Assembly: GCA_945881835.1 (NCBI GenBank)
Contig: CAMCVP010000005.1
Coordinates: forward strand, 62,948-126,947
DNA length: 64,000 nucleotides
Direction: 5' to 3'
Source of the DNA: Chryseobacterium gleum
GTDB lineage: Bacteria > Bacteroidota > Bacteroidia > Flavobacteriales_D > Sanyastnellaceae
Position numbers and translations under genes: made by a program. Within the stretch, counting starts at the first letter, position 1. Every line of letters starts with the position of its first letter. The notes beneath the pieces were generated by a model. The model did not search any database and was not told the origin of the DNA. It saw only the letters and a program-made list of their open reading frames with translations. This document shows positions 37,900-46,816 of this stretch, in pieces.

Positions 37900-38530
37900 G
37901 CTTAATTTTTCTCTTTTTATTCAAGATCGCGATATCTTCCATTAGGTTTTCGAAGTGATACTCGGTGTTCCCATATAGCCCACGAATATGTCCGCCTTCA
38001 TCAACGACGCGAAAGACCGCTTCGTTTTTCAAATCCTGAATAAGGAATCCATTGCGCACAAATGCGGCCATAGCCGCAGAATCTCCCTGAAGGAACTGCC
38101 ATTTACTCTTGTTATTTGAATATCTCAAATTTCGCGTCGCGTAGGCTTGTACAGCAGCAGTGTCTGAATAACCATTTGGGTCGAAGCATACGATGTAAAT
38201 ATCGGGCTCCATTCGGAATTTAAAATTTGGAATAAGCAAACGCTCGGTAATCTTAGGAAGGTTTGGATCTTCGAAATCGACGAAAGCGGCCACCCAAATC
38301 TTTCCCATCAATGAATCGCGATTGATGAGTTGATTGTCTTGATTTACAAAGGCGAAATCAGGAATCTGATAATCCGAAGTCACACAACCCGTGTCACAAG
38401 CTGGTCCGAAATAAAGGGGTTCACTAAAATTGTGCTTTCCCATTGGACCAAGGAAAATGAGCAGAGCTAGTGGAATAAAAAAAAGCATACCCACCAATAG
38501 GATATACTTTTTTAATTTTTTATTTTTCAT
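37889..38530 (-). CDS. Sco-like thioredoxin-fold paralogue lacking the canonical CxxxC/His ligands
   Basis: Same length and block order as the neighbouring Sco (IPDFAFVNQDNQLINRDSLMGKIWVAAF / ...RVVDEGGHIRGLYG). The ligand positions read VDFEDPNLP and AVFRVVD, and there is an N-terminal CDTGC. Confidence 0.65.
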   Translation of the reverse strand: MKNKKLKKYILLVGMLFFIPLALLIFLGPMGKHNFSEPLYFGPACDTGCVTSDYQIPDFAFVNQDNQLINRDSLMGKIWVAAFVDFEDPNLPKITERLLIPNFKFRMEPDIYIVCFDPNGYSDTAAVQAYATRNLRYSNNKSKWQFLQGDSAAMAAFVRNGFLIQDLKNEAVFRVVDEGGHIRGLYGNTEYHFENLMEDIAILNKKRKIKRGY

Positions 38531-38541
38531 TGTTCTTCAGC

Positions 38542-38919
38542 TTAGCCGAAGATGTTGTGTCCTGTTTGCACACTTACACCTTCATACAAACCAATAAAGA
38601 TTAAATACATGATGAACAAAGCATAAGGAAGAAGAACTACATACTTCAAGTTCTTTCTTTCTTCGCCAAGGTGCATGAAAATCAAAACGATATAAGCTGC
38701 CTTCACAAGGGTAAGAACCAAGAACGTTAATTTAATGGCTTCCCAAGCGAATGTCCCGTTTCTTTTGAAGGCCACTCCCATGAATACTTCGATGAGCGTA
38801 ATAACGGTCAAAAGTATAGTTACTGAATATAACTTTTTACGAATTTGCTTTCCTGCAGCTTCGTCGTGTTTTGCATTAAGAGCGTAGCTCTCGTTTACTA
38901 TAAGGTCGTCTCTTTCCAT
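38542..38919 (-). CDS. Cytochrome c oxidase subunit IV (bacterial small subunit family)
   Basis: ~125 aa with three TM helices, positioned after the subunit III genes. The start is ATG 38919 (the track start at 38970 is TTG and overlaps the upstream gene). Confidence 0.65.
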   Translation of the reverse strand: MERDDLIVNESYALNAKHDEAAGKQIRKKLYSVTILLTVITLIEVFMGVAFKRNGTFAWEAIKLTFLVLTLVKAAYIVLIFMHLGEERKNLKYVVLLPYALFIMYLIFIGLYEGVSVQTGHNIFG

Positions 38920-38933
38920 GATAATCAGCGATA

Positions 38934-39962
38934 TTAGATAAGGTAGAAGAATGTGAATACGAATACCCAAACAAGGTCAACAAAGTGCCAGTACAATCCG
39001 ATTTTCTCAATCATTTCATAGTGACCGCGTTTTTCGAAAACTCCTTTTAGAGCCATGAACCAAATGATAACATTGATTAACACCCCAGAAAATACGTGGA
39101 AACCGTGGAAACCCGTTACGAAGAAGAAGAAGTTAGCATACTGTTGTTGAATCGCGTATTCATTCTTGTGCATGTTCGCACCGAATGCCATTGAACCAGC
39201 TTCCATAGCTGACCAAATTTTCTTAGCATCGTCGCCTTTAACTACCAACTTACGAAGGTCTTTTCCGTCTTTGTGCTCAAGGGTGTATTTGTTCAAAATG
39301 ATTTCCTCTGGAATCATTGTCGAAATATCATCGTGTGTTTCAGCAGCAGCAGCGTGTTCACCATGTCCACCGTGAGCGTCGTGAGAAACAGGCTCTTCAG
39401 CAGCTTCCATAGCATGCTCGTACTTGTGACCGAAGTCGCTTGTCATATGAACCCAAGAACCGTTGTCCAATGCAATTTGATAAGTGTTACCCGCATCATC
39501 AGCTGCGGTCACAGTCATTGGCTGGTTAATTTGGAAACCTCCACCAGATCCGTGAATAAAGTGAGACCATTCCCAAGCTTGAGAACCTAAGAAGATGAAT
39601 CCACCGATAATTGTAAGACCCAACCACTTCACTACACCCTTCTTGTCCATACGGTGTCCAGCTTCTACAGCCAATACCATCGTAACAGATGAAATGATTA
39701 AGATGAAGGTCATTAATGCTACATACATCAACGGGTAAGATCCGTGAAGGCCAGGCAGGGCTTCGAAAACTTGTTCACCAACAGGCCACAAGTCTGAACT
39801 TCCATGACGAATAACTCCGTATGCTGTAAGAAGTCCGCCAAATGTGAGGGCATCCGATACAAGGAAAAACCACATCATCATTTTACCATAAGAAACGCTG
39901 AACGGAGAACGATTACCGCCCCACAATTCGTCCTTAGTTACATGTTCTGCTTGACCTGCCAT
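38934..39962 (-). CDS. Haem-copper oxidase subunit III with ~130-aa His-rich insertion
   Basis: Subunit-III blocks GSQAWEWSHF, FFVTGFHGFHVFSG and YWHFVDLVWVFVF. There is an inserted soluble segment at aa ~138-272. Confidence 0.85.
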   Translation of the reverse strand: MAGQAEHVTKDELWGGNRSPFSVSYGKMMMWFFLVSDALTFGGLLTAYGVIRHGSSDLWPVGEQVFEALPGLHGSYPLMYVALMTFILIISSVTMVLAVEAGHRMDKKGVVKWLGLTIIGGFIFLGSQAWEWSHFIHGSGGGFQINQPMTVTAADDAGNTYQIALDNGSWVHMTSDFGHKYEHAMEAAEEPVSHDAHGGHGEHAAAAETHDDISTMIPEEIILNKYTLEHKDGKDLRKLVVKGDDAKKIWSAMEAGSMAFGANMHKNEYAIQQQYANFFFFVTGFHGFHVFSGVLINVIIWFMALKGVFEKRGHYEMIEKIGLYWHFVDLVWVFVFTFFYLI

Positions 39963-40072
39963 AATAGTGAATGAAATTTGGGTGCAATTTTACTTCAAAA
40001 GGTTCAATTTAGAAAAGAGAATCGGCATTTTTCACTATTTTGAATAATTCTGAATAAGCCGATTCAGATGAT

Positions 40073-40852
40073 TTAGTAAATATAGAAAATGAAGAAAAAT
40101 AGATAAATCCATAAAATTCCCATGAAATGCCAATACATTCCGTTGGAATGAAGGCTAATCCAATTGTCCTTGTTAAGCTTTCCATTCTTCAATCTAAAGA
40201 GGTTCACCAATAGGTAAATGAGTCCAAATAACAAGTGCGCAATGTGCAAGTATATAAGAACGCTCAACATTGCTCCGGAAGCATTGAAAGTCGTTTGAAC
40301 CTCAATCGTTTTGTCTTCGCGAGATTGGTCGGGGCGGATGTAATAGTAGTTTTCACCTTCCTTCGTCAATATTTGACCATTCAATTCGAAATAATAATTC
40401 GTACCGTACTCGCCGTTCAGCTTGCCTAAAGTGTTCCAACGAGATTGCTTAAGGCCTTGTTCAGTTTGTGTAATGGTGTTTCCCATTCCCATAGCGGCCA
40501 TTTCGTTCCAACCTTTATTTTGGGTGAAGACGAAGGCCAGTCCTAAAATAAACGTTACCAGCGTGCCATACAAAGCACTTGATTGCTTTCCTGCTTTCAA
40601 AGCGCGAAGCGCAACAATAAGTGTGATACTGCTTAAAACAATGAATGCGTTACCCACCCAGAAAATAGCTGGCGGTTGAATGTGCACCCACAAAAGTTTT
40701 CCGTACAGAACCATGATGGCACTGGTGATTCCACCAAACAACATCACAACGGCGAAGATTAAAAACCAAACGATCATCTTCTTTGAGCGAAGTTTCACAT
40801 CTGGGTTGTGTCCTTCAAAAGGATCAATTTCTTTAAAGTCTGTGTTTTCCAT
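40073..40852 (-). CDS. Haem-copper oxidase subunit III family paralogue
   Basis: The C-terminal block MYWHFMGILWIYLFFFIFY and its TM pattern fit the family. The canonical TGFHG block is degenerate (YLHIAHLLFG). Confidence 0.7.
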   Translation of the reverse strand: MENTDFKEIDPFEGHNPDVKLRSKKMIVWFLIFAVVMLFGGITSAIMVLYGKLLWVHIQPPAIFWVGNAFIVLSSITLIVALRALKAGKQSSALYGTLVTFILGLAFVFTQNKGWNEMAAMGMGNTITQTEQGLKQSRWNTLGKLNGEYGTNYYFELNGQILTKEGENYYYIRPDQSREDKTIEVQTTFNASGAMLSVLIYLHIAHLLFGLIYLLVNLFRLKNGKLNKDNWISLHSNGMYWHFMGILWIYLFFFIFYIY

Positions 40853-41748
40853 TAGATTTTATCTATTACGTAGGCAATTTGAACAATGGGTAAATAAAAG
40901 AATGAGGCAAACATAACCTTGCGTGCATTCAACAAAGTTGGTTCTTTAAAAAGTTTGTACGCGAGCGATGATATCCAGATGCCGGCTAACACAACTATGA
41001 TTGCAGCAATGTTACCAACCATGGGTGTTTCGAGTGGAAGTGTCCATGGAAGGAGGCTCACTGGAATTAAGAAAAAGCTGTACACCATGATTTGGAAAGC
41101 CGTTTTTTTATCGGGCATTCCGCTGAAGGGAAGAAGCTTGTACCCTCCTCTGTTGTAGTCTTCGTGGGACACCCAAGCGATGGCCCAAAAGTGAGGGAAT
41201 TGCCACATGAACTGAACTGCAAATAAAATTCCTGCTTCCAAACCGAAATGATTGGTGGCGGCAACATATCCGATCATGGGCGCAATGGCTCCCGGGAAGG
41301 CTCCGATAAACACTGCCCATGGCGAAACTCTTTTGAGTGGCGTGTAAATGAATGCGTAGGATAAGAAGGCTGAAAATCCGAGTATCCCTGAGGCGGTGTT
41401 CAAGAAATAGAACAAGATGAAAACTCCGAGACCTGCAGTTGTTATTGATACAAACCAAGCTTCAAGTGTAGAGATTCTTTTGGTTGGAAGCGGACGGGTT
41501 CTTGTGCGGTGCATTAACGAATCCCATTGCTGTTCGAGTACCTGATTGGCACCGTTACTTCCACCTGCCAATAAAAATCCAGCGAGAATTAACCATCCTA
41601 TTTTATCATACTCCCAAGTCTCTGCTCCCATTTCATAGGAGAGAACGCAAGAAACTACGACTAAAAATGAAAGGCGCAACTTGAACAAATCCAAAGCTGC
41701 TTTGATTTTCCCCATTACACCTGATTTCTCTTCAACCGAAACTTCCAT
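40852..41748 (-). CDS. cyoE: Protohaem IX farnesyltransferase (haem O synthase)
   Basis: UbiA-family motifs NQVLEQQWDSLMHRTRTRPLP and the later YN..GY-type region. It heads the oxidase accessory operon, and its stop overlaps the next start (TAATG). Confidence 0.9.
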   Translation of the reverse strand: MEVSVEEKSGVMGKIKAALDLFKLRLSFLVVVSCVLSYEMGAETWEYDKIGWLILAGFLLAGGSNGANQVLEQQWDSLMHRTRTRPLPTKRISTLEAWFVSITTAGLGVFILFYFLNTASGILGFSAFLSYAFIYTPLKRVSPWAVFIGAFPGAIAPMIGYVAATNHFGLEAGILFAVQFMWQFPHFWAIAWVSHEDYNRGGYKLLPFSGMPDKKTAFQIMVYSFFLIPVSLLPWTLPLETPMVGNIAAIIVVLAGIWISSLAYKLFKEPTLLNARKVMFASFFYLPIVQIAYVIDKI

Positions 41749-41769
41749 TTCTGCTTATCTCAATTTTTG

Positions 41770-41777
41770 CAAAAGTA
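41770..41777 (-). promoter_or_regulatory. Candidate -7 box (TACTTTTG) for the ctaB/cyoE operon
   Basis: Exact TAnnTTTG on the minus strand, 21 nt upstream of ATG 41748. Confidence 0.4.
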
Positions 41778-41798
41778 CTGCTTAATGCTCTTCAATAA

Positions 41799-43211
41799 TT
41801 AATAATCCCAACGACGCACTTGACGAAGTCCTTTGCGTATTCCAACCATGAGCCAAGCCTCTTTGAACGGGTCTACGCGTCTGTCTTCCGAGCGATAGCG
41901 AGCAAATCCAAATACCTGAAGGGCAGGAGAAACTTGATAAGCAGCTTCGGCGTTCACAACAAATAATGTACTTCTATTTCCTTGAAGAATATTGTTTCCG
42001 TATACACTCCAAGGGTTGACGTATGATTGGAAGATGTTTCCGCCGACATTTTGCTGAGCGTCTCTTCCGAAAGCTGCCCAAACTAAACTTGCGGTGTAAT
42101 TCCATTTCTCGCGCTGATATTGAGTCGAAGTGTACCATTCGTAAAAATTCGCACCCAATGGATGGGCTAAGGGTTGTCCCATATGTTCCCAAGCCTGAAT
42201 ATCGCTTCCATGTGTGTATGTAAAAGGACGCACAAAAGACCATTCCGTCAAAAATAAAAGTCCTTCAATTTTTTTTGGTCTAAGCGCCATCCCGAATTGC
42301 ATTCCGAATTTATTTCCCCACCAACCGTTTCTGTTTCGAATTTCACTTACCAAAAATTCATCGAGAATAAGTTGTCCGTATATCTCGAACGCCTCGCTCT
42401 GCTTGTATTTCCATGACGCACCCAACAATACGTTGTCGGCAGATCCCTGAGAAAATTCAGCGGGACGATAGAATAAAAACGGATTCAGATAATGCAGATC
42501 CAATTCTCTGTGGCTCGCTGAATCTCTTGCTTGCCAAACCACCATTTCATGTGCCGACACCGACCATTTCTTATTGATCTTCCATTCGAGTGTGTGCACC
42601 GCAATGTACTTTGGATTCAGGTCGAAATGATTCTGCATACGCTGATAACTGTGCGTTCTAGACCACAAATTGGTGAAGGTAATTTTCTTTCCAATCTTCG
42701 TTTCCAATTTCATGAATGGAAGAGCACTTGCGCTGCTTGAAAGAATGAGTGAGCGGTAACCGTATCCTAAATTCTGTCTAGAATTTCCAACCGAAAGAGT
42801 AAAATGATTATTCAGTTTTCTGGAATAAATTATTTCCGGAATGGGTGCAAAAGCCGTGGCTCCAGAGTCAGGCGTGAGCACTCTTCCGAAGTTCGGAAGA
42901 ACTCCTAAAGAATCTAAAAAACGTTTGTTGAATTCCGGAAGATGAAAAACAGCGCCGGTTAACGACAACGACAACTTGTTCTTTTCATTCTTGAAAATAT
43001 TGCTGTAGTTCAATACTGCTGAATAGCCAAGATTGGAAATTTCGTGCGAACGATCTAACCCTGCGGCCAATTCAAAATTGAATTTTGAAGTAACGGTGTC
43101 CGTTTCCACTTTCAATAAAGTAGCATAACGCAACTCATTGAACAAAGAGTCCTGCGAAAACACGACGTTACACGCTGTGAAAAGCGAGAGTATAGCAATG
43201 ATTTTTTTCAC
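41799..43211 (-). CDS. Predicted outer-membrane beta-barrel protein (family uncertain; Wzi-like is a weak guess)
   Basis: Signal peptide MKKIIAILSLFTACNVVFSQ, alternating beta-strand-like pattern, aromatic-rich, C-terminal ...VRRWDY. Confidence 0.55.
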   Translation of the reverse strand: MKKIIAILSLFTACNVVFSQDSLFNELRYATLLKVETDTVTSKFNFELAAGLDRSHEISNLGYSAVLNYSNIFKNEKNKLSLSLTGAVFHLPEFNKRFLDSLGVLPNFGRVLTPDSGATAFAPIPEIIYSRKLNNHFTLSVGNSRQNLGYGYRSLILSSSASALPFMKLETKIGKKITFTNLWSRTHSYQRMQNHFDLNPKYIAVHTLEWKINKKWSVSAHEMVVWQARDSASHRELDLHYLNPFLFYRPAEFSQGSADNVLLGASWKYKQSEAFEIYGQLILDEFLVSEIRNRNGWWGNKFGMQFGMALRPKKIEGLLFLTEWSFVRPFTYTHGSDIQAWEHMGQPLAHPLGANFYEWYTSTQYQREKWNYTASLVWAAFGRDAQQNVGGNIFQSYVNPWSVYGNNILQGNRSTLFVVNAEAAYQVSPALQVFGFARYRSEDRRVDPFKEAWLMVGIRKGLRQVRRWDY

Positions 43212-43308
43212 GAGGGGAAGATAGAACAGTCTTTCAAAACATGCATTGTTAATAGGTAATAAGTTTCACAATTTTATGTTGAAAGAATAGCCTTTAATTT
43301 GTGATGTT

Positions 43309-45525
43309 ATGTCGAAAATAGAAATTGATTTAGAAGAAGAAAATCGCGAGATACTTCGCAGATACCGCGCACTCTTACGCGTTTGTTATCGCTCGAAAAC
43401 CCGTGCCGATCGTGCGCGGATTAGGAAAGCCTTCGAGCTTTCCGTAGATGCCCACAAAGACATGCGTCGCAAGAGCGGGGAACCCTACATCTACCACCCG
43501 ATTGCTGTGGCGAAAATCGCCGCAGAAGAATTGGGTCTCGACACCATGAGCATCGTCTGCGCTCTTCTTCACGATACGGTCGAAGACACTGAAATAACGC
43601 TCGACGATATCCAACGCCAGTTCGGAAAAAAAGAACGCGTTATTATCGACGGCCTGACAAAGATTTCTGGCGTTGCAGACTTAAGCTCTAGCGATCAGGC
43701 CGAGAACTTTCGCAAGATGCTTCTGACGTTGTCAGATGACGTGCGCGTGATCCTTATCAAACTCGCCGACCGTTTGCACAACATGCGCACGCTAGATCAC
43801 ATGCGAAGAGACAAGCAATTGAAAATTGCAAGCGAAACACTTTTCATGTACGCTCCCCTCGCCCACCGCTTGGGATTGTACAGCATTAAAACCGAACTCG
43901 AAGATCTAAGTTTGAAGTTCACCAATCCGGAAGAATACGAACTTATTGTTACCAAACTACAGAAAACACAAGCTGTCCGAACCCGATTCATTAATCAATT
44001 TACGTTGCCCATTCGCCGATCGCTCGACGAACAAGGACTGCAATACGAAATAAAAAGCAGAACGAAAAGCATCTTTAGCATCTACAACAAAATTCACACG
44101 AAAGGTGTTCCATTTGAAGAAATATACGACTTATTCGCTATTCGAATTATTTTAAATACACCTCCAGAAATGGAGAAAACAGATTGTTGGCGCGTGTATT
44201 CCGTTGTAACAGATTTCTATCAACCTAGTCCTGAACGATTGCGCGACTGGATCAGCATTCCGAAAAGCAGTGGATACGAATCGCTGCACACTACCGTAAT
44301 GTCTCCGACAGGAAAATGGGTAGAGGTGCAAATTCGAAGTGAACGCATGGACGATCTTGCAGAGAAAGGTTACGCTGCACATTGGAAATACAAAGACGCT
44401 GTTGAAAGTCCTGAAAGCAAACTAGACAGATGGCTCGGACAAATTAGAGATGTCCTTGAAGCACCCAGCGACAATGCCATTGAATTCATAGATAATTTCA
44501 AGCTATCACTTTTCAGCGAAGAAATTTATGTTTTCACTCCAAAAGGCGATCTTAAAACCTTGCCAGTTGGATCAACAACCTTGGACTTCGCTTTTTTGAT
44601 TCATTCACAAATAGGATATCAATGCATTGGTGCTAAAGTGAATCACAAACTTGAACCTCTAAGTCATAAACTTAGTAGCGGTGATCAGGTAGAGATTTTA
44701 ACTTCAAAAAAACAACGTCCGAAAGAAGACTGGTTGAATATCGTTATTACCGCTTCGGCTCGACAAAAAATTAAAACAGCTCTCAAAGAGGAAAAGAAAC
44801 AAATTTCCGAAGAAGGAAAAGAGATGCTGAAGCGACGATTCAATTCGTTGAAAATATCTTGGGCCAGTCAGAATATCGATGAATTCGTTCGCGCCTACAA
44901 CTGCGTAACGGCCATTGATTTCTACTACAAAATTGCAAAAGGTCGAATTGAATTGAAGAAACTGAAACCTCATATTACGGAAGGCGACAGGATTCGATTC
45001 GATAAAACCACCCAAGAGAAACACGAGGAAATAACCCGCATTGTTACAACAGCGCCTTCAACCGGAGATACCGTTCTTATTGGAGACGATAAGCAAAAGG
45101 TTGATTTTAGTTTAGCTGTTTGTTGCAGTCCAATTCCAGGCGATGAAGTATTCGGATTTATTACTGTTTCGGAAGGGATAAAAATTCACCGAACGAACTG
45201 TCCGAATGCGCAAGAACTCATGAGCAAATATGCCTATCGAGTGATTAAAGCGAAATGGAGCAGCAACGACTTGGTTCAGTTTGAAGTGGGATTGAAATTC
45301 TCTGGAACCGATGATGTTGGATTGGTTCAAAAAATAACAAATATCATTTCCACCGACATGAATGTGAACATGCGCGCTATCTCTTTTGAGGCGCGAGATG
45401 GAATATTCGATGGAAAAGTTGTTGTTTTGGTGCACGATACAGAACATTTGAACCATCTGATAAAAAACCTTCAAGACGTTGACGGCGTTCTTACGGTAGA
45501 TCGCATTGAAAGTGAATTTGCTTAA
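43309..45525 (+). CDS. Bifunctional RelA/SpoT family (p)ppGpp synthetase/hydrolase
   Basis: HD hydrolase motif LLHDTVEDT, synthetase region (RTKSIFSIYNKI...YESLHTTV), then TGS and ACT-like C-terminal domains. 738 aa. Confidence 0.9.
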   Translation: MSKIEIDLEEENREILRRYRALLRVCYRSKTRADRARIRKAFELSVDAHKDMRRKSGEPYIYHPIAVAKIAAEELGLDTMSIVCALLHDTVEDTEITLDDIQRQFGKKERVIIDGLTKISGVADLSSSDQAENFRKMLLTLSDDVRVILIKLADRLHNMRTLDHMRRDKQLKIASETLFMYAPLAHRLGLYSIKTELEDLSLKFTNPEEYELIVTKLQKTQAVRTRFINQFTLPIRRSLDEQGLQYEIKSRTKSIFSIYNKIHTKGVPFEEIYDLFAIRIILNTPPEMEKTDCWRVYSVVTDFYQPSPERLRDWISIPKSSGYESLHTTVMSPTGKWVEVQIRSERMDDLAEKGYAAHWKYKDAVESPESKLDRWLGQIRDVLEAPSDNAIEFIDNFKLSLFSEEIYVFTPKGDLKTLPVGSTTLDFAFLIHSQIGYQCIGAKVNHKLEPLSHKLSSGDQVEILTSKKQRPKEDWLNIVITASARQKIKTALKEEKKQISEEGKEMLKRRFNSLKISWASQNIDEFVRAYNCVTAIDFYYKIAKGRIELKKLKPHITEGDRIRFDKTTQEKHEEITRIVTTAPSTGDTVLIGDDKQKVDFSLAVCCSPIPGDEVFGFITVSEGIKIHRTNCPNAQELMSKYAYRVIKAKWSSNDLVQFEVGLKFSGTDDVGLVQKITNIISTDMNVNMRAISFEARDGIFDGKVVVLVHDTEHLNHLIKNLQDVDGVLTVDRIESEFA

Positions 45526-45542
45526 AGCATCTTCATATTTCG

Positions 45543-45550
45543 TATTTTTG
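45543..45550 (+). promoter_or_regulatory. Candidate -7 box (TATTTTTG)
   Basis: Exact TAnnTTTG, ending 4 nt before ATG 45555. Confidence 0.4.
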
Positions 45551-45554
45551 AAAC

Positions 45555-46289
45555 ATGACCTCTGCCGGAAAAATAGAATTGCTGCTTCATTCCAAGAAGA
45601 AACAATTGGCGGTTCTTATAGATCCCGACAAATGGAACAGTGAAAACGCGCAACAGCAAGGTGCTTTGTACAAAGCGGCTGGCGTAGATTTTTTATTGGT
45701 AGGTGGAAGTTTAAATGCAGCTTCAGATTTCAATGAACGAGTGGAACGCTTGCGTGCGACGTGCCCCTTGCCTTTGGTGCTCTTTCCAGGTCACCCGTTA
45801 CAACTTACCAAGCACGTAGACGCAACACTTTTTCTTTCTTTGATATCTGGAAGAAATGCTGAATTCCTCATTGGGCATCAGGTTGTTTCCGCACCTTATT
45901 TGCACGAATGGAAACAGGAAGTTATTCCAACCGGATATATGTTGGTTAATGGCGGAAACACAACCACCGCGATATACATTAGTCAGACCGTCCCTCTTCC
46001 AAACGACAAACCTGAAGTGGCTGCTGCGACAGCGCTTGCAGGAAAATACTTGGGACTTCGTTGTTTCTATTTAGATACTGGAAGTGGTGCAGATTTTCCC
46101 GTTTCGCAAGAGTTGATTTACGCCGTAAAAAAGACCACGCAACTTCCTGTAATTGTTGGTGGTGGAATAGTGAACGAACTACAAGCCCATGCCGCTTGGC
46201 AAGCAGGCGCCGATGTTGTGGTTATGGGAACCGCAGTAGAACAGAATCCTGAAATACTTTTCGAAATACAAAAATTAAATGCCTTATGA
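45555..46289 (+). CDS. Geranylgeranylglyceryl/heptaprenylglyceryl phosphate synthase family protein (PcrB/GGGPS-like)
   Basis: TIM-barrel family blocks LIDPDK, FLLVGGS, LFPG, YLDTGSGA and PVIVGGGI. Confidence 0.75.
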   Translation: MTSAGKIELLLHSKKKQLAVLIDPDKWNSENAQQQGALYKAAGVDFLLVGGSLNAASDFNERVERLRATCPLPLVLFPGHPLQLTKHVDATLFLSLISGRNAEFLIGHQVVSAPYLHEWKQEVIPTGYMLVNGGNTTTAIYISQTVPLPNDKPEVAAATALAGKYLGLRCFYLDTGSGADFPVSQELIYAVKKTTQLPVIVGGGIVNELQAHAAWQAGADVVVMGTAVEQNPEILFEIQKLNAL

Positions 46290-46813
46290 TTCGTAGACCT
46301 TTCAACCTAAAAAAATGGATCGAAGAAAACAGAAGTTTACTTCAACCACCTGTAGGAAATAAAAATCTTTATGTTGAATCGGAAGACTACGTGATCATGA
46401 TTGTGGGCGGACCAAACGCTCGTAAAGATTATCACTATAACGAGACAGAAGAATGGTTTTTCCAAGTTGAAGGCAGCGTTATGATTGGTGTACAAGAAGA
46501 TGGAAAAGCTATAGACATTGAAGTAAAGGAGGGTGAAATGTTCTTACTTCCGCCAAGAACACCGCATCAACCACGCAGAGGTGAAGGAACTGTTGGAATT
46601 GTTATCGAAGTGAAACGTGCAGAGCGCGAGTTAAAAGACGGACTATTGTGGTTCTGCGAAAAATGCAATCATCCACTTCATGAAACGTATTTCATTTTGG
46701 AAAACATTGAAAAAGATTTCCTTCCCCGATTCAGAGAATTTTACGGAAGTGAAGACATGAGAACGTGTAAGTCTTGCGGACACGTGATGGAAACGGATCC
46801 TAAATTCGTGTAA
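46286..46813 (+). CDS. 3-hydroxyanthranilate 3,4-dioxygenase
   Basis: Cupin with NLKKWIEEN, DYHYNETEEWFFQ, LLPPRTPHQPRR and a C-terminal rubredoxin-like CxxC...CxxC (CEKCNH...CKSCGH). It has an ATGA overlap with the upstream gene. Confidence 0.9.
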   Translation: MIRRPFNLKKWIEENRSLLQPPVGNKNLYVESEDYVIMIVGGPNARKDYHYNETEEWFFQVEGSVMIGVQEDGKAIDIEVKEGEMFLLPPRTPHQPRRGEGTVGIVIEVKRAERELKDGLLWFCEKCNHPLHETYFILENIEKDFLPRFREFYGSEDMRTCKSCGHVMETDPKFV

Positions 46814-46816
46814 GTC

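Noticed and set aside
41108-41458. 116-aa alternative-frame ORF within cyoE, and the other short ORFs overlapping the oxidase genes
   Set aside because: They overlap strongly supported membrane-protein genes, and their products are Arg/Cys-rich with no plausible features.
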